Part shown: positions 12,436-23,892 of the stretch, piece after piece
Layout: each line of letters begins with the position of its first letter
Position numbering within the stretch: position 1 is the stretch's first letter
Origin: Vezdaea acicularis
Taxonomy: Eukaryota
Direction of reading: 5' to 3'
Assembly (NCBI GenBank): GCA_026025075.1
Contig: JAPEUI010000019.1
Coordinates: 62,001-126,000, forward strand
Length of the DNA: 64,000 nucleotides
Notes under the pieces: generated by a model
What the model saw: the letters and a program-made list of their open reading frames with translations, nothing else
Database searches by the model: none
What the model was told of the DNA's origin: nothing
Position numbers and translations under genes: made by a program

Positions 12436-12880
12436 ATGCTGCTGTAGATCAAGATCCAGGTTTGTCACAGCTCTCTTTGGTTCGAAGGCGATCGGCTCCG
12501 GGGTTTGGCTGGCGATATCTGTCTGTCTGTCTTCATTCCCTGCTCTGCATTGTTGGATGCATGTGGTAGTTTGTGAGTGAGTTTCACAGCGTGATGATAG
12601 CCACATTTGTCGGCCTGTTTTTATTAATGAGAAAATTGATACTGAAAATGGAAATTATACCTCCATGACAATGAATGGTGACGTGAAGATCTATATGTCA
12701 AGTGAGCCACTTTGATCTATAGTTGCTGGCTTTGAAATCCAAGCTACAGTGCAAGAAAGAAGAGCGAATCGTGTTCGCGTCAATTCACTTTTTTCATTCT
12801 TGTTGATGCTATCCATCCTACCAAATGCCCGATCCCCATAGGCTTATGAAACCCGTGTATTTGTTCCCATATAAAGTAGC

Positions 12881-13600
12881 TCATGCCAATCTCTCGATAA
12901 GATGGAGGCCACTGGCTGTTTCGACCACATCACTAGTTTCGCCCGGCTTCAATGCGAACGATGCCTCCTCGAATTCCTTTTGCATGTCTCCTGGTCCAAA
13001 CCAACCTCTATGACAAGAATGCAGACGTTAGCTACTATCGAATGATAGGCATTGGATCAACTTACAGATCTCCCCTCTTACGCGCGCTACTGCAGTCTGA
13101 TTCAGAGACGGCCAAGTCTCCAAGTGATGTCTCCCCGGACTTTATCTGCTTTTGGTAGCCTTTGATGATCTCCATTGCATCGTCTTTGGAGCGGGTGATC
13201 TCAGCCTATCGATTCACTTAGACTCAATCGACGTTAACCAGCTTTAACTGGTAAAGCTCTCATACCTCCCGCCAGCTGCTTGGCCGCCTACTTTCTCTGT
13301 GCTTGACAAGCAGATGCGCTGCCCTTATCTTGCCATCATGCTGGCCCGCTGCAGCTGTACTGATAGGTCCACTGTGATGCGCAGCCATATATATCTTGAG
13401 CTTTTCGGGATTGGTGTCGGCGGGAGGCTCCCATCGCGAGTCTTTAGTGTCCGGGTTGAAGTAGTAAGGCAGGTTCTTGGAGTTGGAATGGCGCACCTCC
13501 CAGCCGAAAGGTAGTCCACTTTCAGTCTGTAGTTACGTTCGTGAGTCAGTTGAAGCTCGTCATCAAAAGCCGTAGCCGGGGTTGGGGGTTCCGGTACCAT
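12881..13600 (-). CDS. ESS1: Parvulin-type peptidyl-prolyl isomerase with WW domain (Pin1/Ess1)
   Basis: ATG-only first exon (intron 13527-13597), WW domain GLPFGWEVRHSNSKNLPYYFN, HLLVKHRESRRPSSW, SDCSSARKRGDL, C-terminus GLHLIERLA. Confidence 0.93.
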
Positions 13601-14105
13601 TATGAATAGTGGGTGGTTTGACAGATCTGAAAGGTCTGGGCTACGATTGCTAAGCTGTGTTGTTCACTCCACATCTAATGGAAGATGAGGTTCCTGCTAT
13701 CGTTTTAGTCCGCTAGACTGAGCTAAATAGAAGTCTCTGAAGGGCACAGAAATTAGGTGGCCCTCAATGGCTTTTGTTTTATGAAAGGCAAATCCTCCGG
13801 TCCCAGCATTCAGTCGGCGGGGTCGGGCAGCTGCCGGTAGAGGGGCAATCGCGCTAAGGCGCTAGACCAGGGGCCTTCATTAGTCACAGCTGCGCTCGCC
13901 ACACACACAGCTTCATTGGAAGCGGACAATGTGTTCAAGATCATCGGGTATTTATGAGCCACCCGAACCTTTAAAGTTCTTTCCACTCAAAAAAACACAG
14001 AAAGCACACATCTTTCAGCGCAAGACATATCCCTACGTCAAACATACAGCAACTCGCCACCTTTCAGCACCAACTCACAGGTTGTACAAAGCGAAGACAA
14101 TCGAG

Positions 14106-14883
14106 ATGTCTTTATCACCACCAGCAGGAACCCCGTCAGTGAGCCAAGGCTCTGAAACAGACGAAAAAGACAAGAAGAAGGATGGTAAAAAGCCTATCGG
14201 CTCACTTTCCTTCCGCTTCTGTAGAAATTGGTAGGCTCGACGCCCTCATCCCCCTCTCTAGCGCCTCAATGCACTAACCAGTCCTTTCTTAGCTCAAACA
14301 TGCTATACCCTCAGGAAGATTCAACCAACAATACACTACGTTACGCATGTCGAACATGCCATTCCACTGAGCTGGCCGATTCACCTTGCGTGTACCGCGA
14401 CAACCTAGTCAACACGACTAGCGAGACGGCAGGTGTCACTCAGGATGTAGCGTCAGATCCAACAGTTAGTCTACCTGATTTCTGTACTCTCTGTGGTGAT
14501 TGTATTACCTGCTCGGAATGCGGGCTTTCAATATCCAAGGATGGAGTAGCTGTAACGGATGGGGAGGATTGGGAGAAGTATCAATATGGGTTTGAGGACG
14601 GAAGTGGAGAGAGTGAAGATTCGACAAGCAGCACTTGCTCTTCTTGATGCATAGTCAGTCTTTTGGATCTTCGCTAACATTGTGATGAATTTTCTAGCTG
14701 CCACGGTCGAACAGGAAATGCCCAAGGTGTGGGAAGCTCGATTCAGTTTTCTTCCAATCTCAGCAACGGTCTGCAGAAACGGGAATGGTATGCACCTTCG
14801 AATGGAGGTTCTACTTGCGCCTTTACTAACACTTCCAGAAACTTTTCTATGTGTGCTGCGAGTGTGGTAACATTTTCCAGTAA
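14106..14883 (+). CDS. RPB9: RNA polymerase II subunit Rpb9
   Basis: Spliced protein FRFCRNCSNMLYP...YACRTC...DPTLPRSNRKCPRCG...FFQSQQRSAETGMKLFYVCCECG. Introns at 14231-14292, 14465-14697 and 14788-14838. Confidence 0.95.
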
Positions 14884-15074
14884 AGAGGGAAAATGGTTTG
14901 GGCTCCTTGGTAGCGATAGCATTGATTCATGCATGGTTGGAGTAGGCAGCATTCAACGAAAGCATATTGTGGGAGGCGTTTTTTATCCTCGGCAGCTCAG
15001 GAGGGTCCTAGATGAGCACAACGGCTTTTGTACCGTAACATAGCAATCCAGTATTCTCTCCAAATGACAGGACA

Positions 15075-15650
15075 CTATAAATGCATCGGTGCCAGTGACA
15101 AGATCTTAGACCACTTCTTATCCCTCAACTCAGCCCCAACGATCCCTAAAAGGTCACGAAGTCAGCCGCGGGTCCGCTGTGTCTGAGAAGGGTCCTTGCT
15201 CACCGTTTAATCTAGTCCCGATCGGTTCTCCAGCCTTGTTGATCAATACGCACGCATTGTCATCGAATTTCACTACGCTTCCGTCTTTCCGTTGGAGTTT
15301 TTTTGCTGTCCGTACTACGACGGCATGTCGAATGTCTCCTCTTCGAACCTTATTGGCAGCCGAAGTAGACACGCTGCCTCCTGGCCCACTCTCAGGCCCA
15401 AAGGAACGCTGCTTCTGTACCACAACAACTATTCGATCACCTAGATGGCGCAGATATGAGCTTGCTGCTCCCATGTATCGAAGCCGATATCACAGACCTA
15501 TCCGCGCATGGCGCTTCATTTTGAGAACTTTTGCGCATTCTACCACGGCCGCTCCGGAGTTGTCGATGCAGTTAAGCATCGTCTAGAATAGATGATCAGT
15601 GTGTATAGGTCTGAGGTATGGATTGACGGACGTACCTTTAATTGTATCAT
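15075..15650 (-). CDS. MRPL38: Mitochondrial ribosomal protein uL14m
   Basis: [46 protein letters not shown]; three introns. Confidence 0.92.
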
Positions 15651-16096
15651 CGTGAATGCATTTCAATAACAAGCGTGTCGCGGTCGTTGCACTGTTATCG
15701 ACAGGAAAAGGCTTACAAGATCTTTGGGATGGCGGTTGCCGCCTTGGGTCTAGCGTCTCCGTGTCCCGTTCCTGAATGCGCATCTATTAGCGAGAACTCC
15801 AAGCCTCCGACTTTCCCTTCCGGCTCCGTGGCAAAGCCCCCATTCCGCCAGCAAGGAATGCCTACCAACACTACAAAAAGAACAGCGCAGCATAATACTT
15901 AACCCTTACAGTCATGATCGCCCCATGATGATCATGCAGCCTTTTTCCTTCTCCTTTCTCTCACTTTCCTTTTCCTCCTTTCAAGGCCTACAAAACGCGG
16001 AGTACTCGTCGCATCCTCGCTCGATACCCTCCGAACGGCCTTCAGCTCGCACACCATAGATCGTAGCATTCCCCAGCACTGTCAGCCGGTCTGACA

Positions 16097-18278
16097 ATGG
16101 GCGAAACACGGTCTAGTGCGACGACTACCTCCAATCATCGACTTACACTTGCACAATTGACTAGTTACGACGATATACTCACTGACGCTCTAGTAGATCA
16201 GGTAGGAGCAGTTGTCTCAGCTCGTCTAGTCCATGACTCCGTTCCCGTTACAAGCCGCTGACTCCATACTTCTCTCGCAGGTGTATTTTTGGACCACTAT
16301 ACGAAAGAACCGTAATAAATATGCCGCCTCCCGCGGTCTTCGGGAAGAAGATGTTGCAAAGATCATCCAAACAGATGTCATCGAAGATAAGAACCTTGTG
16401 CAAGCAGAGAAAAAGCTCCTTCAGCTACCCGGCCTCAAGAAGTTTGTCGATAGGCTTCGAACTGAGAGGGAGAAGGAGCGGTTTCGACGGCATCTTAGAA
16501 AATATATCAGCATCTACCTTCCAGATTGCGCATTTGAGGTTAACACGACCAACCGATACACGATTCTTACGCATGAAGCAGCTGTGACTGCGCGCAAAGT
16601 AATCGAGAAGGGAGAGGTAATCAAGCATCTTAGCGGCGTGCAGGTACAGATGACACCAGAGGAAGAAGCAGATCTAGATCTCAATAGGAGAGATTTTAGT
16701 ATTGTAATGTCTAGTCGGAAAAAGGCAGCCTCAATATTCTTAGGCCCTGCGCGCTTCGCCAACCACGACTGCAATTCTAATGCGAAACTAATGACGGCCG
16801 GCAATGATGGGATGGAAGTGAGAGCGGTTCGAGATATCGCCCTTGGCGAGGAGATCACTGTGAAGTACGGAGATGGCTACTTTGGAGAGGATAACTGCGA
16901 GTGCCTCTGTCATACTTGTGAGATGCTCATGCGTAATGGGTGGGCTCCTCCCAGCGAGAGCGGGGTCTCTACTCCTGTCCCTACCCCACTACCAGTGGAG
17001 CCATCAGATCCGGACAGCCCCTACTCCTTCCGGCGGAAGAGGAAATATGGTTCCGACCACGGCTCTCAGACACCCTCCATGACGCCCGACGCACAGACGC
17101 CAGTAAAGCGAAGACGTCTAGATCATATGAGCGCTTCACCTAGATCTAGAAAATATCCGAATGGCATCGATTCACCTGTCAAGATGGAAAGAGTGAATTC
17201 GAGGCTCAGGCATGAAATTCCAGGCTTTGACTCCGACCAGGCAAGCAATGCGAACGCTTCCTCGAAACGAGTCCCGGAGGATGTGATACGCGTCGATTTA
17301 GATGGGATATCGTCAATGGAAACAGAGAGGGTTGTCGTTGAAAAACAGGTATCGGCTCCTTCAGTATCTTTATCAAGTGGTCAACGGCAATCAACGCACC
17401 CAGAAAGGCTCTATCTAGACCCTCATCCTTCCATTGAAGTCACTGACGCAGAGGAGTTCGACCTGAAAGTTTTGCAAGACAAGCCGCTCGTCCTCAAAGA
17501 GAACTCCTCTGATGATCAAGGGTCGCCTTCCTCGTCTGGACAGGCTGACTCTCTCCTCTCAGTGTCCGCCTCCACAACAGATGCGACATCTGTCTCCGAA
17601 GATACCGTCGCCATCAAGCAGGAGATATGTCAGAAGGCAACAGAAGAGTCTCGCTTCCACTCAGACAAGGCCAAAAGTACCGAGGACACATATAACGAAA
17701 CTTTCGAGGTCACCCCAGACGTCGAAACAGCCGCAAAAACTCGCAAACGCTGGACCAGAAAGAAGCCTATAATCGAAGAGCCGCAGACGCCAAAGGAACG
17801 GGTCCCTGGTGATTACCATTTGACCAAAGCTCTGCTATATGACAGTTGTGCTGCTTGGGTAGCTTGTACCATTTGCGATACCTTCTTCGTTCAGCCAGAT
17901 GCGTACTTCACCCGTGCTGCTTGCCCTCGATGTGAGCGTCATTCAAAGCTTTACGGATACGGGTGGCCCAAGACTGAGAAGGCTGGGAAGCACGACACTG
18001 AAGAACGAGTCAGAGACCACAGAACCATCCACCGCTTTCTCGACCGCGAGGCGGAGAGGGATCTCGGAAAGGGGAAGATCAGGGGACTGGGTACACGTAG
18101 TATGAGCAGAGCAGTGACTGAGGAGAGTGTGAAAGCACCGGTTGTGGAGAAGCGGAAGAGGGTCGTAAAGAAGCCAGCTACGAAAGCTACTATAAAGACT
18201 ACCGCGAAGCTCGCAATGATGCCCACAAGGAAGAGCAAACGTAAAGGCAGGGGAACTCTAAAGAGGTTCACTCTATGA
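16097..18278 (+). CDS. SET9: Histone H4K20 methyltransferase (SET domain)
   Basis: LTLAQLTSYDDILTDALVD/VYFWT (intron 16202-16280), LGPARFANHDC, GEEITVKYG and post-SET CLCHTC. Confidence 0.92.
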
Positions 18279-19232
18279 AGCAGGGACATACTCTTCTATC
18301 TGTATTATCAGTGATAATAAAGCATGGTTGGCGTTATGTTGGTATTCATTTCTCCTCGTAGCTCCTGGCGTTGGTCTTCACCTCAGAGTATGTATCTTTT
18401 GGGCAGGTCTGCCCCACCTGGATGTGGGATATGCGAGTTATCTGTGTAAGATAGTGCCAAGTGGATATAGCTCATCAAAGTAATGTTGCCCCATAAAGCT
18501 GAAATTGAGGTGACTCTTCTAGGGTCGTTTATAGTCGATGTGCCATCGGGCATCTGCGTCGCGCATCCCAGCGTTAGAGTCCACACCCTCTTTGGAGCCC
18601 GCTCTGTTGCCTCAAGTAGACTTCAGATAGTTTGACCTATTTAAGGATTCACATGAGCTAACATTTTTGTATTGTGCTTGCCATTTCCCGTTTTCCTCCC
18701 GTTTCTAACAAGTTAAACTGAGGTTTGCAAAGTTAGCCAAACAAACTCTTATATTTGATGCTTGTCTTAGAACATGGGGCAGTTCACAGCTTTGCCACAG
18801 CGTTTAAAAATCCCAGTAAGTCTCCAATATTTCTGTTCAACTCTCTAGATACCAATTTACTCAAGGCGCGATTTTATCTTACAATATTCGGTATGGTGAA
18901 GCTATACACGTGATTTTTACGGATTGGGAAGCAAACGTTCGAAACGCCGACCTCGGAAAAATCGCAGTGGCTGGCCGCCAAATTGCTGGGAGCTTGCAGC
19001 TTTCTATTACGGCTTGTCCGCGTCCTTTCTCCGCCCTCAAGCTATCTTTTCCGTTCATTTCTCAAAATTTGGTTCAGGTATTCCCTTCTAAAGCTTGTAA
19101 TAATTTGAATTCTCAATTATCTCTTTTGGGGGTCTCTCAATTGCAGCTTTCCATCTTCTTCAGAGCCGCTCAGTGATTTGAACTTTGACCTGAGTTATAC
19201 CCCGGTGATACATACCTTTCGACTCCCGCGCC

Positions 19233-20166
19233 ATGGCCGAACAAGAAGAGCAGATCGCCGAGATTCCAGCTGAAGAAGCGCTTGGTTTCGATGTAGAGAT
19301 GGGTGGTGCCGACGCTACAGAAGGCGTAGGACTTGAGGGCAATGGCGCGGAAGCAGATGGTGAGAATGGAGCTGTCAGCCGCAAGGTAGAGGATGCAGAA
19401 AGTTCCCGTATGACCTTCATCGAGTAAGCTGGACCCAAAAACATACCTTCAGCCCCTGCTGAACGGTGATAGCCACCTCAAGTCCCCCATCGTCGAGCTC
19501 GTAGTCGGCACAGGCACAGAATCAACACATCTGACCGCTCACCAAGCCCTCCTGGTCCAATCTCCCTACTTCAAGACCGAATGCGAGAAATTCAACGCCA
19601 CCACCAAAAAGCGACATATCAACCTCCAAGACGACGACCTCTCAGCTGTAGGCTGCTTCCTACAATACCTATACACGAGCGAATACTTCCCCCGGGTCCT
19701 CAGCGGCACGCGCACGCTCGAAGCCCTCTCCCCAGCCGGTAGCGAAGCCACCGAAGACACAGGCGGTGAGCAGCTACTGTACCACGCACGGATCTACACA
19801 CTCGCCCAGAAGCTGTCGATGCCGGGCCTTGCTTCGCTCGCGCGCTCCAAAATCCATCTTATCAACTCGACCGCCCGCGGCGAAATCGCATATGCGCGGT
19901 ACGTCTACCAGAACACGTCGCCGGACGACGACGAGATACGCAGGCCCGTGGCGGCGTTCTGGGCGCACAGGAGTCACGTGCTGAGGCATGAGGCCGAGGA
20001 GGAGTTTAGGAGGATGTGTCTCGAGTTTCCGCAGTTTGGCTTCGATGTCCTCACGCTGCTACTGGATGGGAAGGAGAAGGGCAAGGGTGAGAAAGAGAAG
20101 GATAAAGACGGGCATACGAGTACGCCGGGAACGTCGAGAAAGCGGCTGAGGGCTTCTCAGATTTAG
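19233..20166 (+). CDS. BTB/POZ domain protein
   Basis: After intron 19424-19472 the frame reads HLKSPIVELVVG...AHQALLVQSPYF...FLQYLYTSEYFP, continuous with ORF 19819-20166. Confidence 0.85.
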
Positions 20167-20941
20167 GGCGCAGGTGATGGGGACTCGCTGGGCATTTGGA
20201 ACATCGTAAAAGCGATTCAAACTTTGAAATATTGTATTATAGCCAAGGCGCACATAATCGGGGGGCTGCTAGGTGTGTTGCATGGTTTCGGAATGTTCTT
20301 CCTCATGCTATGCTGTTCAACTGGGTCCAATGCTGTGCGCGTTTCCACTGGTTCGTATTCGAACAAACCAACTTACTCAATTCCCAAAACCCGAACTACC
20401 TATGCTACATACGAATAAAGGCGGTGGGGCGGACTCAGGCATTGCTGGAGCCTTACAGATCCAACAACTCCAAAAACCAGCTAAAATTCTCGTGACATCT
20501 TCTAAACCCAAGTTCTATAACGGCGGATGAAATATAGACAAGAAACCTTCGCCGTGCTTATCACCATGGGTTAGTGGTTCCATCATCCAAGTACCTGTCA
20601 CCAATACTCATGCTTTTCCCATCACCCTCCACTGCACCTGCCGCTTCAGCCTCCACCTCCATCTGGCCCTGCAATCATACCCTCCCTACCCCTGTATCTG
20701 TATTTGCAGCTTGAGCCTTCGCTGTTCCAGTTCCTTTATCTACCTCTACTCTGCCTAGCTCTTCGTTGGGACCAGTACTTTCGACCAATTCTCTGGCTCT
20801 CCGTCTGTCGAACACCCATCTGTCATATCTGATATCATGCGCAATCAAGGCTTCTTGCTCCATCCCCTTGCTCCATCTCAATCATGCCGGACTTTTCCTC
20901 AGTACAAGAACTCTTGTCTACCTTCTCCAGATGTCAAACAC

Positions 20942-22105
20942 TCAAGGGCCATATTTGAGTTCGCGCTCGTTCAAGAATTCTTGCGACTCCTCCGGGAGAA
21001 ATGAATAACTGGATGGCGTTCCATACACATTCATCCCATAGTCCTCGCATATTAATCTCCTTACGCTTGGGGCTCTCGTTGGATCTTTTGCCTCGGGATC
21101 GAAAATCGCGTTGCAAAACATGAGTTCGATACCGTTGTCCATGTGCAGGTGCCAGTCTTCAGGGAGCGACATTTCACGTTCCCAGAGAGGTAGAGAACAG
21201 CCGGCCTTCAGAGAATCCTGCCCGATATCACAATCGGGGCCACAATCTCCAGGTGCGTTGAAGTTGCCCCAGCCCTGTTTGAATCTCATCAGATACGCTC
21301 TCATTGGACGACTTGGCCCAAGTTGGTCGTGAATTCGAGCGGCGATCTCTGCTAGCTGGGGTGGAACCACATGTTCGTGTGCGGTTTTGTCGTAGCATGA
21401 GAACTTCTTGAGAGATACCTTGGAGAGCTCCCTGAACTCCATCGTAGAAAGCTCCTCATCAACCTCCTCAAAGATAATACGGAACACCCATTGTTCCCGC
21501 CATTGCTCGGCGCATGCACAGCCAAAACAAATATCTTGCTTGCCAGATCTAATACTTTGGTTGCTAAATCTGGTTCTTGCGAAGTCTTGCATGACCAACT
21601 CAAGCTCAAAGTATTGAGGTCTGAAATCCGGGAACTCTTTGAACAATGACTGGGAAATGCACTCTTCAATGGTTGTTCCGTTCCTAGCCTTGGGAAAGAT
21701 TGTTTCGGTGAATGAGAGGCGTTGTATGAGAGACAGATTGAACGATCCGAGTTGTCGCAGTGCAGGGAATGTTTGATGTTCCCAAGTGTCCCTTCCACCC
21801 GTACCAAGATGAATGAAGAAGCTCTTCATTGTATAAAAGAGCTCTCTTGCAGCTCTGGAAATGTTCTTGTTCAGGAAGAATAGTGGCATTGGGACTATCT
21901 TCCGTTCCCAAGGCATTGGCGCCGGACAACACTCCGTGAGATCAATTTCTGGGTCTCCGCCCCATAGGGTAGTTCTCATCTCTCTGCGCCATATACCTCT
22001 AAAGCATATAGCGTATATCAACTGCAATACTTGCGGGGGTAAATCTTGTAACAAGCATCTGTTGCCAGTGGGTAGTGGGCCCCAAATCGGAACAGAAGAC
22101 GTCAT
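20942..22105 (-). CDS. Hypothetical protein with an F-box-like N-terminal motif
   Basis: Uninterrupted 387-aa ATG ORF. LLQDLPPQVLQLIY resembles an F-box start, followed by LNKNISRAARELFY. Confidence 0.7.
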   Translation of the reverse strand: MTSSVPIWGPLPTGNRCLLQDLPPQVLQLIYAICFRGIWRREMRTTLWGGDPEIDLTECCPAPMPWERKIVPMPLFFLNKNISRAARELFYTMKSFFIHLGTGGRDTWEHQTFPALRQLGSFNLSLIQRLSFTETIFPKARNGTTIEECISQSLFKEFPDFRPQYFELELVMQDFARTRFSNQSIRSGKQDICFGCACAEQWREQWVFRIIFEEVDEELSTMEFRELSKVSLKKFSCYDKTAHEHVVPPQLAEIAARIHDQLGPSRPMRAYLMRFKQGWGNFNAPGDCGPDCDIGQDSLKAGCSLPLWEREMSLPEDWHLHMDNGIELMFCNAIFDPEAKDPTRAPSVRRLICEDYGMNVYGTPSSYSFLPEESQEFLNERELKYGP

Positions 22106-22551
22106 TCTGCAGTCGTGAGTTCGATGGATTTGGCGTGTTTGAGGTAGACGGTAGTTCTAGAAGTGTGTAAAAGTTGTAGAGAGATTCGAAAGAGTTAATG
22201 AAGAAAGAAAAGAAATGGAGGGAGTGCAGAACATCCTTTATACACTGTCTTCAACACTGTACTGGCATCTAGAGCACCGTGTCGAGCAGAATTACGTCGT
22301 TGACAACACACCTTGGCAGAGAACAGAAACACACTAGGCCGAGAAAGAACTGTGTTAGAAGTGTTGTAGGTTGTGCATGAAGAGTAGACATGACCAAACG
22401 TTGATCCACTAAGGCTAAGGCCATAGTGGACTGTCAGTAGGGATAGAGCAGTTTGTGCACCCTTCAATATTGAGCCCCAGGGTGATTTCACAACAGAAAT
22501 GAGCGCAATGGAGCAACGTGTTGAATACACGAACCCCTTTTAACGTGAAGC

Positions 22552-23892
22552 TCATAGATTAATTTGGTTAAGGACCTCCCTTGCGCTACCAATCGAGTTT
22601 TGATACCTAGTCAAGTCAGCTCTATTGGGGTTAGACCTTCAATTGATTATACATACCCACCTCCAGCATGCCCGTAAGCGTGCACTACGACAACTTCCTC
22701 GCCAGTGGGTAGGTTTATTTTCTCTTTTTCGAGCCTAACACCTCCCTTTCTTGCGGGCCTCCTGCCACACTGGATGCTCACAATATCAAATACCTTGTCC
22801 TTAGTCATAAGCTCAGGGGCCAATGCTTTTGCCCCCTCAAGGATACGCTCGGTCAAATCATCGTCGACACGTGGATCCCTGGTGGAGGGTTAGTCCCAAG
22901 GTTCGGTTGTACGACGTCTAAGCTTGACTGGGCGGCTCCACTCACCAATTACCCTTCTCCATACTCCCTCCCAGAATGGAGGTGCCGCTGCCAGACCTTG
23001 GTATAACATAGCCGGGATTGCCCTTGGTTTTGACAAGCATTCTTGGTCCAGCAACTTCTCCGTTGACAAGAATGGTCTGACCCTTGATAGGGTACATGTC
23101 CATGTCGGGTACTAGCTCTCGAGCGGCAAGCCCAGTAGCATTAACGAACGCCTCGACGTTGTTCATACCCGCCTCCTCATTGGCAATAGCCTTCGCGGCC
23201 GCTAAGGCTTGAGGAAGCGATTCTGCTGGCAATGTCCTCCGGACCAAGCGACCGCCGTGGGCCACTACGAGGTCCCGAATGTGGGAAAGATACACAGGAA
23301 CATTAATGGCAATCGTCGTAAAGGACACACCCGCCTGTATGCCCTCAGGCAGCTCCGACCTGGGGACGGGACTAAAGTTCTCTACCATGTCCTTCCACCA
23401 TACTTTCTCTATCCCCTCGTCAATCTCCGGGACAGGACCCTGCCAATGGATGATTCCAGTCCGAATCTAGAGATGAGTAAATCCAGGGAAGTGGAATATC
23501 TCAAAGAAGGAATGTAGTCTTACTCCCAAGCCCTCATCTTCGCCTTTCTTTCCTTGGGTTTCAAGAGCTCTTACTCGCAGGATCCAGGCCTTGTACGTCT
23601 CAGCATCCCACTCGCGCTGTCTAGCGTCCTCTGGGCCAGCTGTTGCGTGAGTTCTCCAGTGAGCACCTGCCCATGGCGATGTATAGTGTATGGAGTTGTC
23701 ACCCGGAAGGTACTGGGCAACCACGGTGACATTATATTGACCTGTCTGAAGAAGAGTCAAAGCAGTTTGCAGACCGGTGATACCTCCGCTATGAGGTTTA
23801 GTCGAATTTGTACAAGTGGATTTAGTGGTGCCTTAGCGGAGCAAAGCTTACCCAACAATGACAATATCTTTTTTGGGGGCGACAGAAGCCAT
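22552..23892 (-). CDS. D-amino-acid oxidase family FAD oxidoreductase
   Basis: DIVIVG/AGITGL Rossmann motif, YTSPWAGAHW, VNATGLAA, YPIKGQ, GRRPARKGG and HAYGHAGGG/YQ; four introns. Confidence 0.92.

Noticed and set aside
20675..20941. In-frame ORF downstream of the F-box-like gene suggesting readthrough
   Set aside because: Three stops intervene (TGA, TAG, TGA), so simple readthrough cannot join them.
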